In this document: positions 13,911 through 26,510 of the stretch, one piece after another
Layout of the letters: each line of letters starts with the position of its first letter
Numbering within the stretch: position 1 is the first letter of the stretch
Origin: Octopus sinensis
Taxonomy: Eukaryota
Direction of reading: 5' to 3'
Length of the DNA stretch: 64,000 nucleotides
NCBI RefSeq assembly: GCF_006345805.1
Contig: NC_043001.1
Span: 44,392,001-44,456,000 of the forward strand
The notes under the pieces: generated by a model
What the model saw: only the letters and a program-made list of their open reading frames with translations
What the model was told of the DNA's origin: nothing
Database searches by the model: none
Made by a program: the position numbers and the translations under genes

Positions 13911-14974
13911 TAATAAATAAATAAAACATATGCATATATATAAATATATATGTACGTACCTACCTCTACATGTACATATACACGCATATATGAGTACAGG
14001 ACACCAAAAAGGACGTCGAACACAATGAGAAACGAAAACATAGACACAAACCAAAGGAACTGGACATTTATTTAAAAACAGCAAAAAAAAAATAGAATAC
14101 AGGACAATTAACACAAAGAAAAAAACCCCTTCTTCAGTCGCTAAAGCTTTCATCATATATATATATATATATAGCTTCGAAGTTGTGTGAATGTATATAG
14201 AATGATTTATCAGCTGAATAAAGTTAAAATATGGTCTGGTTTTCACGTTTTCTATTATGGTATTTTAACATTAAAGAATATTTTGTAATGCTTATAAAGT
14301 TAATTTAACGCTTTCATACATAGAGTAATCATCAGATTTCAAATGTGTTTAACTGACTGTTGAGTTCTTGCAACTGTAGTGCCTCTTAGAACGCTCCAGC
14401 AAGCTGAAGGTTTAGAATACGAGGTTGACCAATCTGCATGCAACTTAAATATCACGGTTCGCCAGCGAGGTTGGAAGAAAGAGTTTATTAAAATATTCAA
14501 ACCTGTTCTGAACGGAAATAATAACAACAATAATATAACAACCAGCTATGATATGGATTAAAAAATATCTCTAACATATGAATAACAGATTACAGAATAT
14601 ACAGATGTTTAAGTTGCATGCGGATTGGTCATAACTCCTTACAATATCGATGTTATGCGTTGTGTTTAAGCAAGTAAACAAGTGCTGACACAATAGAAAC
14701 GACCGTCGGCTTCGTGTGATGTAATCATCGAATAAAGATTTGATATTCACCATTCTTGTTCTTGTTGTTTTATTCATACATGCATACAGACAGACAGACA
14801 TATATATATATATATACACGCATACACATACATACAGGAATATGTACATAGAGAGAGAGAGAAAAGGGGTGAAAGAAGAGGAGATAAACAGACAGACAGA
14901 CAGACAGACAGACAGATAGATACATATACATACATACATACATGCATGCATACATACATACATACATACGTACA

Positions 14975-15300
14975 TACAGAAGTTTATTATTTAAGTATGT
15001 ATGAGCATGTCTAGATATGCAAGTATATGCATAAGACATACATAAAATATACAAATCTGCACGTATACATACATACATACATACATACATACATACATAC
15101 ATACATACATACATACATACATACATACATACAGCATGCATACATATATGCATACAAAAATACCCTGTTGTTGATGTTGAAATTCCAATGAAAGAGCCTT
15201 GGATCTAGGTTAGAAACCGGCTCTTTCTCTAATAGCATGAGGTCTTGAAATGAAACTGAATAATGAAATACAGACATACATAATGCATGCATACATACAT
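14975..15300 (+). mobile_element. 3' end of R4/Dong-like retrotransposon in (TACA)n
   Basis: Matches the 3' UTR at ~19475-19690 (agaagtttat..tttaa..gagcatgtctagata..gttgttgatg.tgaaattccaatgaa). Confidence 0.75.
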
Positions 15301-15986
15301 GACAAGCGTATTATTTGAGAGGGGAGTTGTAACCAACTTTGTTTTTGGCTTGAGATGTGTTGTTGTTGAATTTTTTGTTACACACACACACACAATATGT
15401 GTGAATATGTGCGTGTTTCTGTGTGTAATTTCAGTACAAGAGTTAGGTCAAATTGTATAACATGGAATAAAATTCCAAGCAGTCAAGTTGTTGGCAATGA
15501 AAATGGAAATGGTACACTTCTTTCCTCATATGCTTCACATCACCTAATCATTAACAACGCACTGTTTCAGCAGAAAAAAAAAACCATACATAACAACCCA
15601 GAAAAATCCATGCAAGAAACACTGTTAGCAACTTGGATTATATAATTGTTCGACAACGTGATAGGAAATTAATCAAACTGACTCGTGCGTTTAGGACTTC
15701 ACTCCTTTAGTCTGATTGTAAATTGCTTTTGGCTAAGTGTTTAATTTTAAATGCAACAAAAGCAACATTCAATTAAGAAGATGAACCCAAGACCCCAGCT
15801 CAATGTACCAAAACGTGATTTTGGCAGGCTGACAAACCGGCTTTGGACTGATTGAGTCATTTCACTACGGAAATTTAAATTTATGAAACAGTGGTACTAA
15901 ATACAGTGATGCAGAATTGTGGGCCCTGTATTTAAATTATTAGGCAATTTTCATCGTCGTTGTCTTTTTTAAAAAATCAGCAAAAT

Positions 15987-16378
15987 AGGAGTGGCTGTGT
16001 GGTAAGTAGCTTGCTTACCAACCATATGGTTCCGGATTCAGTCCCACTGCGTGGCATCTTGGGCAAGTGTCTTCTACTATAGCCTCGGGCCGACCAAAGC
16101 CTTGTGAGTGGATTTGGTAGACGGAAACTGAAAGAAGCCCGTCGTATATATGTATATATATGTGTGTGTGTGTGCATGTTTGTGTGTCTGTGTTTGTCCC
16201 TTGCTTGACAACCGATGCTGGTGTGTTTATGTCCCCGTAACTTAGCGGTTCGGCAAAAAAGACCGATAGAATATGTACTAGGCTTACAAAGACTAAGTCC
16301 CAGGGTCGATTTGCTCGACTAAAGGCGGTGCTCTAGCATGGCCGCAGTCAAATGACTGCAACAAATAAAGAGTAAAAT
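15987..16378 (+). mobile_element. SINE family A, full length
   Basis: aggagtggctgtgtggtaag head through gactgcaacaaataaagagtaaa tail. Confidence 0.85.
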
Positions 16379-16447
16379 CAAGTGGCGGGACATAATACTT
16401 AATACAACAGTCCTATCTCGGTGAAAAATCAATCCTGGGCAAATATT

Positions 16448-16670
16448 TGTTTCTTTATTACCCACAAGGGGCTAAACGCAGAGGGGACAAACAAAGGGAT
16501 TAAGTCGATTATATCGATCCCACTGCGCAACTGGTACTTATTTAATCGACCCCGAAAGATTGAAAGGCAAAGTTGACCTCGGCGGAATTTGAACTCAGAA
16601 CGTAACGGCAGACGAAATACGGCTACGCACTTCTCCCGGCGTGCTAACGGTTCTGCCAGCTCGCCGCCTT
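16448..16670 (-). mobile_element. tRNA-derived SINE family B (Meta-domain-like core), with TSD
   Basis: Head aaggcggcgagctggcagaa, B box gagttcaaattcc, core gcctttca.tctttcggggtcgattaaataagtaccag. Flanked by direct repeat ctgggcaaatatt. Confidence 0.85.
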
Positions 16671-16779
16671 ATTCTGGGCAAATATTATTAAGGTGATGTC
16701 TTCATAATGCATTACCTAAGACATATCAAACTGCAGATTCTCTATGGGTCGCATTACTCATATACATGTTACCAGGTGG

Positions 16780-17128
16780 GGCGCATATTTTTAAACACAC
16801 ATTTACAACAAAGATTACAGTCATTTCTTGAAAGCTGATGTCAGAATAATTTTGGTAACTAATTTTCGTATATCTGCTTCAAATGTCCGTACAGTTCCGA
16901 CTTTCACCAATAATGACAAACGTTTGTCAGTCAGCCTGCTCCCTTTCAGAAGTCTTTGTTGTTTTCACGAAGCTAGATAACTGTTTACGCGCATAGGTTG
17001 AACCAGACATCTTACTTTTATTAATCAAATTATCATTATTAAATGCTTTTTCTGTTTCCCATTTAAAACTTCAAACTACGCCACACGCGGGCCACATGCA
17101 ACCCGCAGGCCGCGTGTTTGACACGACT
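16780..17128. mobile_element. hAT (Charlie-like) relic
   Basis: Minus-strand ...SRLTDKRL...-like dimerization-domain remnant, plus a gcgggccacatgcaacccgcaggccgcgtgtttgacac terminus. Confidence 0.4.
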
Positions 17129-17686
17129 ACATCAACTACCATTAAGAAAGCCTTCGTTTACTCTTAACAACAAAGAACTCGTAGAATGTCCATGCGTGCA
17201 TACTTATTATTAATATGCATAAATAAACTATCAGACATACATATAAGTACTTTCATATATGTATATATATATATCGTCTCGTGCCTACATGTTAGCCTTG
17301 GCTTTCTGCTGAAGATGGCAACGCCAATTGTAAAGTAAAATAATTTTATTTTATTTACAAAAAAGATTGCCGAAACTATGCATAGTCCAGGAAAGTTAGG
17401 GTAAACATTATTATTTCTCTTTCCCTTTCAGAATTACAACTATTAGTGGTTTGGAGTTTAACTGCTCTTTCTAGTGAGTCAGATGTCCTATTATGGTCAT
17501 CTCTTATGTGTTTAAATGTATATTATATAGTCTATTGACTATTTTTTTCCTTCTCGCTAGACCACTGGTGGTGGAGAATTTTTCAAAAATTCTTTTGCTA
17601 CCCTTAGATTTATTAATATATAAATCCTTAAAATCCTTTAAAATGTTTCAACCCGAAGGCTGCGGCCATGCTGGGGCACCATATAT

Positions 17687-17720
<34 letters not shown>

Positions 17721-17850
17721 GGTTATTAAGAGATAATGGTGTCATTGAGACCCAATGCTGAATAAGTGCTATAGACAGCCCATAGTTAAATTCCAGGTTT
17801 GGTGATTTTGCGAATAAGGGGTTCAACGTTGGTCATATGTCAGAATGTGT

Positions 17851-18003
17851 ATATAAGAATTTTTTGCGTAATGAGATAAAAAAAAAACAAGGCTGTGTAG
17901 ATATTAGAACATTTATAGATAGAATATTTTTTATCTATAAATGTTCTAATATCTACACATCCTTGGCTTTTTTTTTATCTCATTACGCAAAAAATTCTTA
18001 TAT
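17851..18003. repeat. Near-perfect ~153-bp palindrome
   Basis: atataagaattttttgcgtaatgagataaa...tagaacatttatagata pairs with tatctataaatgttcta...tttatctcattacgcaaaaaattcttatat. Confidence 0.9.
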
Positions 18004-18649
18004 GTGTGTGTGTGTATGCGCAGGCATACTTCTTTTTGAACTTTACGACCATTTTTTAAAGGAAATTAATGGAAAAAGAAACCTCAACTTCAGTCCATTT
18101 ATCAAACTTTACGTCGATCTCAGTGAACATATTTAAAAACATAAATCTTTTGTAATGAAAAAATCAAATATAATTAAAGAGTGACGTCGGAATATAGTGC
18201 TAATAATGCGATGTGTCACCCCCAAAAGTGCATGCATATAAAGTATTATTATCATAAGAAGGATACAAATACTTTACACTACATCCCTGCGTCTAATTCT
18301 ATATCTTATTTTAAGCCTAATATTTCCCTCCATCAAGAAACATTTCTATAGCTCCCCACTATATCAGTTTTACACTATTCTGTAGAAGCAGCCGCACCTC
18401 TAATGGTTTTTTAAATGTACAGTTCACTAACTTACTAAACAGACATATTGTTCATACACACTCAAGCGCGTGCGCGCCCGTGCACACACATACAATCACA
18501 GACACACAAACACACAAACACACACACTAATATGCATGCACATACGCACACAAACAAGCACTGAGAAAAATACGATATGCGCGCACACAAGAAACACATA
18601 CATACATACATACATACATACATACATACATACATACATAACACTTTGT

Positions 18650-19690
18650 CTGATAACCTAGAATACATGCCCAGAGAAGTCGCACGACTCTACCGCAACA
18701 TATCATCAGATGAAAGGATGAGCTTATATGAGCAGAAGACTACGCATGAATGCTAGTAGAAAGCTCCTTGATGATAGTAACATCAATCATCAAAGCAGTT
18801 TATCATGGACCAATAGCCGAATTATTACCTCCCACTTTGAAGGATATGCGTTTGCAATCCAAGAACAGGAAATTTCAACCAAGTGCCTGATGCACAAAAG
18901 GGATAGATATGCAGAAAAAGCAGTAAAATGTGACAACTGATGCAGACTTTGTGGAGTTCACACTGAAGATATCACCCACATCATAAGCAGTTGTCCGAAA
19001 ATGTCATGACGGTATAATGAAATCTGCTGAAAGGATAATCCTGAGGACAAAGAAATAAGAACCCACAATATGGTAGAAGTCATAGCCACTCAAAATAAAA
19101 AGGAATACTGGTGGAATGTCCCAGTGAAGACCTCAATAAGATGCAAACACAACAGATCTGATATAGTGATTTGGGATAGAGAAGAGAAACTGTGTACAGT
19201 TGAAGAAATTAACTGCACAGCGGCTGTTAACATAGAGCTGAAGATCAGTGAAATGAGAACACCTATGCTGAACTATTGAGAAATCTACAGTTACTCTATC
19301 CAGATTACAAGTTTAAGTTTATACTTGTAATTATTGGGGCCCTAGGACATGTAATACACTACTTAAATACCAATGTTGAGAAATTAAGCTTCTCAAGACC
19401 AGAAAGGAGAAAGCTAATTCGAGGGCTATAGATCCAATCCATCACTGGAACTGTAAAAATCTGTAAAACTTTGCAGAAGTTTATCATTTAAATATATATG
19501 AGCATGTCTAGATAAGTACATACATACATAAAACATACAAATCTGCACATACATACATACATACAAAATACCGTGTTGTTGATGCTGAAATTCCAATGAA
19601 GAGACCTTGGATCTTGGTTAGAAATCAGTTCTCTCTCTATTGGCAAGAAATCTTGAAATAAACTGTATAATGACATACATACATACAAAC
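18650..19690 (+). pseudogene. R4/Dong-like non-LTR retrotransposon 3' part (CCHC knuckle, restriction-like endonuclease, 3' UTR)
   Basis: EGYAFAIQEQEISTK; CRLCGVHTEDITHIISSCPKMS; WWNVPVKTSIRCKHNRSDIVIWDREEKLCTVEE. Stops and frameshifts present. Flanked by (TACA)n. Confidence 0.85.
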
Positions 19691-20224
19691 TTCCGCAGAA
19701 AGAGTGATATGATACTGACAGGCTCTCCCAAAGAATAAGATGAAGGAGATAGAAGCTTGGGATCAGTGCAGACAACCTTCGAATGTGGTACAATCTCTCT
19801 ATGACAGCACTTGCTAAACAACAACAGCAAAAATAAACACAATAACTTAGTGCTGGAAAGTTGCGAGAACAATATCCTAGGCAGCGAGCTCTTCAGAAAG
19901 CATCATCTTCCTGATAATCTCTCATAAAACCTTAAAACATATCTCAAAGAAGACCTGGACATATGCTCAGTATATGTTTCCCAAAGACTTGAAGAAGACA
20001 GTAATATTGGTTTCAAATTTTAGTACAAGACCAGCAATTTCGGTGGAGGGTCTAAGTTTATGTAATCGACCTCAGTGTTCAATTGGTACGTATTTTATCG
20101 ACCCTGAAATCATGAAAGCATGGATCTCAGCGGAATTTGAACTCAGAACGTAAAGACGGACGAAGAGCCACTAAGTATTTTGCCCGGCGTGCCAACGATT
20201 CTACTAGCTCACCGTTCTTGATCT

Positions 20225-20500
20225 CGTGACCGCTATATCACTATATCATACTTCGAAGGCTATGCATTTACAATACGAAGACAGGAGATCGCTATGAAAT
20301 ACCTAATTAACAAAAAGGACATTGATTCCTTTGGAGCTCCAAGATGCAACCGAAAATGTAGATTGTCATTTTCTGAGGAAGATATCATACATGTTATTAG
20401 CAGCTGCTCAAAAATGTCATCAAGGTACTACTTCCCCTGTGCGACACGACGTTATCGGAAAATCAATATACGATGTTATGAAGATGTACTTGCATAGCCA
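20225..20500 (+). pseudogene. R4/Dong-like fragment
   Basis: EGYAFTIRRQEIAMKYL...CRLSFSEEDIIHVISSCSKMSSRYY. Confidence 0.7.
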
Positions 20501-20616
20501 GTGAATTGATCTGAGATCGTGTGCCGGAACGAAAACAATTGCAGCGTGGAAGGTGTTTATAAGCCATTTAAGAAACACACAAAAACCACTAGATTCACTT
20601 CAACATTTAAATTTAA

Positions 20617-20666
20617 TTTGCCAAAATATTTCGTCGCTTTGAGACCGCGACCTGTTCATTGACAAA
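20617..20666 (-). ncRNA. Variant type I hammerhead-like motif (AUGAACA core)
   Basis: Minus strand tttgtca-ATGAACA-g-gtcgc-ggtctcaaa-gcgac-GAAAtatTT-tggcaaa. Three stems can be drawn, and stem III is palindromic. Confidence 0.5.
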
Positions 20667-20803
20667 ATTCAGTGCAACACGGAATTTTGTTGTCTACGCC
20701 ACCTGTCTTCGTCTTTTTTTTGTTTGCTTGTTTTTTTTGTGTGTGTGTGTGTGAATTTCTCCCCTATATCTGTATCTATCTACCTATATATACATACATA
20801 TTA

Positions 20804-20992
20804 AGGCGGCGAGCTGGCAGAAACGTTAGCACGCCGGGCAAAATGCTTAGCGGCATTTCGTCTGTCTTTATGTTCTGAGTTCAAATTCCACCCAGGTCGA
20901 CTTGCCTTTCATCCTTTCGGAGTCGATAAATTAAGTATCAGTTGCGTACTGGGGTCGATTTAATCGACCTTCCTCAAAAATTTCGGGGCCTT
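20804..20992 (+). mobile_element. SINE family B
   Basis: aggcggcgagctggcagaaacgttagc...gagttcaaattcc...cctttcatcctttcggagtcgataaa. Confidence 0.8.
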
Positions 20993-21073
20993 TTATATGT
21001 ATACACACACATATACACATATAAAACTCCAAGCTAGGTATGGAGTATTATCATGATGTTTACAAACTATAAA

Positions 21074-21196
<123 letters not shown>

Positions 21197-22032
21197 AGAG
21201 AGAGAGAGAGAGATAAGTATCTGCACGTGTTTGTAGGTATGTATGAATGGATTGATTTGTATAGGTATGACTATATATTTTTATATATATTTTCCAACGA
21301 CTGTTACACAACTTACTTACATACATACATACATACTAACATACATATACAAACATATACACAAACACACAAGCATACATATACACACGTACATACATAC
21401 ATTCATACACATACATAATACATGCTTGCACGCATAAATACATATATATCTCTTTGTACTTAAATGTACACTAATTTATATGTATAATATATATATATAT
21501 TATATATATATAGAAGAGAGAGAGAGAGAGAGAGAGAGGGACCGACCCATTCACAGACCCATATATACACACACATAGAAATACCACTCCTCACACACAA
21601 CTCATACACACGATTAATAAAAACACACTTAGGGAAGCGTAAACACGCAAATACACACGAGCACAAACTCTTGTATAGAGACGTTGACATACACACGCAT
21701 ATACACTCCTGTTAATACACACATTCACACATATATAGACATATACACCCATACGCACACATTTATATACATATGCACACATAAGTCGCCACTACATATA
21801 GTAAACGCCCACATATACTGATATAAACACATACTACTATAGAACTCATCAATAAGACATTGCCAAACGTACTCAGAGACTTCAAGCTGCACACACATTC
21901 ACACGTGCACGCATATACACACATGCACACGCGTAAACATACACACATACACACCTCTATAATCAAAAGTAAATAGACTAATCTCATTATGTGGGAAGAT
22001 GAAAAGAAAATAAATACAGACACATAGACACT

Positions 22033-22090
<58 letters not shown>

Positions 22091-22154
22091 AGATATATAT
22101 ATGTATGCATATATGTGTGTGTTGTCTGTTTGTGTGCGTGTGTGTGCGTGCATG

Positions 22155-22193
<39 letters not shown>

Positions 22194-22494
22194 TATACAT
22201 GAATATACATATATATATATACATTTAGCAATTAAGGACAACTACTTAATAAGGAAAACTTAACAAGAAATGTCAGGTAGATAGCGTAAAAACCTCAATA
22301 AGAGAAAAAATTTCGAAAATAATTATTTCTTATTGAACATATTAATTTATATATAGAGGGAGGGCATTATACATACATGCCAGGAGGCATTCTACATACA
22401 CGCCATACGCTAAGAGGGACAATCAGTCATTTCTACCAAAATATTACTAATCCCCCGAATGCATTTTTCAAAGAAAGACTTTAAAAATATATAT

Positions 22495-22542
22495 AGACCT
22501 GTATCACAGTGATTTCATACTTACGTAATCATCAGCCGGCCT
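22495..22542 (-). ncRNA. Minimal type I hammerhead ribozyme (array copy 1)
   Basis: Reverse complement of the 23173 motif, with one stem I mismatch. Confidence 0.7.
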
Positions 22543-22974
22543 GAATATACTATAAATAAACAACGACCCCGCTTCGCTTAAGCCGATCAGCTAACTGATC
22601 AACATCAACGAAGCACATGGTTGAATTTATATATACTATATCCGGATGAATGGCAAACTTTTACGAATTGCATTTCGGAGAGGACAAGTTTTTTCGGAAT
22701 AAAAATTTAGCAATTAAGGACAACTAATTAATAAGGAAAACTTAACAAGAAATTGTCAGGTAGATAGCGTAAAAACCTCATAAGAGAAAAAATTTCGAAA
22801 ATAATTAATTTCTTATTGAACATATTAATTTATATATAGAGGGGATTATACATACATGCCAGGAGGCATTCTACATACACGCCATACGCTAAGAGGGACA
22901 ATCAGTCATTTCTACCAAAAATATTACTAATCCACCGAATGCAATTTTTCAAAGAAAGACATTTAAAAATATAT

Positions 22975-23021
22975 AGACCTGTATCACAGTGATTTCATAC
23001 TTACGTAATCATCAGCAGCCT
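22975..23021 (-). ncRNA. Minimal type I hammerhead ribozyme (array copy 2)
   Basis: Same core, with a 1-nt deletion in stem I. Confidence 0.7.
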
Positions 23022-23172
23022 GAATATACTATAAATAAACAACGACCCCGCTTCGCTTAAGCCGATCAGCTAACTGATCAACATCAACGAAGCACATGGT
23101 TGAATTTATATATACTATATCCGGATGAATGGCAAACTTTTACGAATTGCATTGTTTATTTATAGTATATTC

Positions 23173-23220
23173 AGGCCTGCTGATGATTACGTAAGTATGA
23201 AATCACTGTGATACAGGTCT
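23173..23220 (+). ncRNA. Minimal type I hammerhead ribozyme (array copy 3)
   Basis: aggcctg-CTGATGA-t-tac-gtaa-gta-t-GAAA-tcac-t-gtga-TA-caggtct: 7-bp stem I, GNRA-capped stem II, palindromic stem III, AUA cleavage triplet. Confidence 0.82.
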
Positions 23221-23646
23221 ATATATTTTTAAATGTCTTTCTTTGAAAAATTGCATTCGGTGGGATTAGTAATATTTTTGGTAGAAATGACTGATTGTCC
23301 CTCTTAGCGTATGGCGTGTATGTAGAATGCCTCCTGGCATGTATGTATAATGCCTCTATATAAATTAATATGTTCAATAAGAAATAATTATTTTCGAATT
23401 TTTTCTCTTATGAGGTTTTTACCTATCTACCTGACAATTTCTTGTTAAGTTTTCCTTATTAAGTAGTTGTCCTTATTGCTAAATTTTTATTCCGAAAAAA
23501 CTTTTCCTCTCCCGAAATGCAATTCGTAAAGTTTGCCATTCATCCGGATATAGTATATATAAATTCAACCATGTGCTTCGTTGATGTTGATCAGTTAGCT
23601 GATCGGCTTAAGCGAAGCGGGGTCGTTGTTTTTTTTATAGTAATTC

Positions 23647-23693
23647 AGCCTGCTGATGATTACGTAAGTATGAAATCACTGTGATACAGGTCT
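23647..23693 (+). ncRNA. Minimal type I hammerhead ribozyme (array copy 4)
   Basis: gcctg-CTGATGA...GAAA-tcactgtga-TA-caggt. Confidence 0.78.
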
Positions 23694-24139
23694 ATATATT
23701 TTTAAATGTCTTTCTTTGAAAAATTGCATTCGGTGGGATTAGTAATTTTTGGTAGAAATGACTGATTGTCCCTCTTAGCGTATGGCGTGTATGTAGAATG
23801 CCTCCTGGCATGTATGTATAATGCCCTCTATATATAAATTATATATATATACATATATATATGAATATACACACATACACGCACACACACACGCACACAA
23901 ACAGGCACACACATACATACTCACACACACACATACACATACACACACACACAAACACACGCACACACACACACGCACGCACGCACACACACACAATGCA
24001 AAAAGGAATATGAAACAAAATTTTTTATGAAGACGCAAAAGAGAGGGAAAAGAGCAGACAAGGAACTTCCTCAGCTCAACAAAAAAAAAGACCAGAACCA
24101 CAACAACGACGACGGCGACAATGACAGGGATGATGGATG

Positions 24140-24143
24140 ATGC

Positions 24144-24174
<31 letters not shown>

Positions 24175-24377
24175 GTGGTGTGGTGGTGGTGGTGGTGGTG
24201 GTGGCGGTAGTGATGGTGATGATGGTGATGATGATGATGATGATGGTGGTTGGTGGTGGTGACGATGATGATGATGATGACGACGATGATGACGACAATG
24301 GTGGTGATGATGATGATGATGACGATGATGACGACGATGATGGTGATGATGATGATGTCGATGATGATGACGATGAA
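24140..24377. repeat. (GAT/GGT/GAC)n trinucleotide tract
   Basis: Seen directly. Nearby are (TAA)n 24695-24770, (GAA)n 24940-25030 and (GAAA)n 25120-25210. Confidence 0.9.
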
Positions 24378-24694
24378 CTTTTTATTTGGCCACAAGGTTA
24401 ATAAAACTCTTGGAACAATACGAGGACGAAATACAGAATTTTTTTTTTTTTAATACATTGCAAGATGGCGGAATCCATGCAAAATCATAAATAACAACAA
24501 AATGCCAACAAGTAAAGGTCTCCAGTCGCGGTGGAAAAGCTTGTAGAGCAATAAAGGCGGGGGGCAGTTAGGATGTGGCGGGGAGAACCCAATACAAAGT
24601 CCCGAATAAGTCTGACGCATCAAAGGCAAAAAGTACCCGTTACTATAAGTGAAATAGTGATAATGGCTAATTGTTCCTTTATTTTCTTTGTAAG

Positions 24695-24736
<42 letters not shown>

Positions 24737-25117
24737 TAATAATAATAATAATAATATGATAATAATAAATGGGGGTTATATAGTAATGAAAGGTAATTTT
24801 TGAAAGGGATGGGAGGGGAGAGGAGGAGCATGGGGATGGTAGGAATGAGGATGGTAACAGAATAATAGGAAGAGGGAGGAGGGAGGAGATGGACGATGAG
24901 GAGGAGAAAGGGAGAAGAAAAAGAAGAAGTAAAATAAGAAGAAGTAAAAGAAGAAGAAGAAGAAGAAGAAGAAGAAGAAGAAGAAGAGAAGAAGAAGAAG
25001 AAGAAGAAGAAGAAGAAGAAGAAGAAGAATCCGAGATGGAAAGGAAAGGGAAATATGATGAGACGAATGAGAAAGACTTCGACAACGAGGACGAGGATGA
25101 GCGGGAGTAAGAAGAGG

Positions 25118-25192
<75 letters not shown>

Positions 25193-25937
25193 AGGAAGGA
25201 AAGAAAGAAAAAGATAGGTAGACAGAACGAAAATCAGACAGAAAAATTTAAAGAAAAACGCAAAGGTCGGAAAAGGTCAGACTTCCTATCGCCAAAAAAA
25301 GACTTTAGAAAAGAAAAAAGAAGAAAAAACGTAAGATTGTAAATACAAGAATTGAGATGAAGAAAATGGTGAATGTTCCGTTGTACGGGAACATAAGATT
25401 GCGATATTTCAAATAATTTCTTTAGATGCACAAAAATCAACTTCGTATAAGTGCGTATGTATGTGTGTGTGAGTGTATAAATATGTATGTACATATAGGT
25501 ATATGTATATGTGTATGTATATGTATAACTATATGTGTATATATTAGTACATTTACATACATATTTACACACACATATAGATATGTGTGCTTGTGTATAT
25601 ATTGTTATTATTATTATCATTATTGTTTTTACGTATTTTTGTATTCTTATTCGTGCTATCATTATTGTTTTTACGTATCTTTGTATTTTTACTCGTGTAA
25701 CATCGTCCGTTTTTCCGTCCTTGTTTTGTATACATTCGAGGCTTTCTTCCAAGGAATCTAATGCGCTTGGCTTAGATCTTCCTTTGGGGCTGGCCAGATC
25801 GGAGCAATCTCAAGATTAATCAGCCGAAATTGCGAAGATGATCCGGTTCTAGACTGAAGATTGAAGGCTTCGAATGTCCCGTCCGTGTTTTTTGTATCGT
25901 CTTCTAAATGTCCCAGTTTGTATTTTTTTACATTTAC

Positions 25938-25983
<46 letters not shown>

Positions 25984-26002
25984 TATTATATGTATATGGT
26001 GG

Positions 26003-26033
<31 letters not shown>

Positions 26034-26452
26034 TGTGTGTATACATATGTATATAAATATGTATGTACATGTAGATATATGTATATATAAATATGCATAT
26101 GTATACGTATAACTATGTGTATATATTTGTATATTTACACACATATACATGTATGTGTGCGTGTGTTTGTGTGTGCGCGCGTGTGTGTGTACATGTATAT
26201 ATATGTGTGTATGCATATATGTATATACGTTTGTATGTATGTATGTATGTTTGTATGGCAAAAATGAGTAGTACCTGTATTTCAAAGGGCCAGCCTTGTC
26301 ACACTCTGTGTCATGCTGAATCTCCCCGAAAACTACCTTAAGTGTACACGTGTCTGCGGAGTGCTCAGCCACAGGTACCTTAATTTCACGAGCAAGCTGT
26401 TCCGTTTATCTAATCAGCTGGGACCCTCGTCTTTATAACTGACGGAGTGCTC

Positions 26453-26510
<58 letters not shown>

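Larger units (their letters stand above)
22224..23840. mobile_element. Retrozyme/Penelope-pLTR-like array: ~482-bp unit, ~1.9 direct copies then ~1.4 inverted copies
   Basis: Unit start tttagcaattaaggac at 22224 and 22706. Strand switch at ~23153/23154. Each unit has one HHR. Both flanks are TA-rich microsatellite. Confidence 0.85.
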
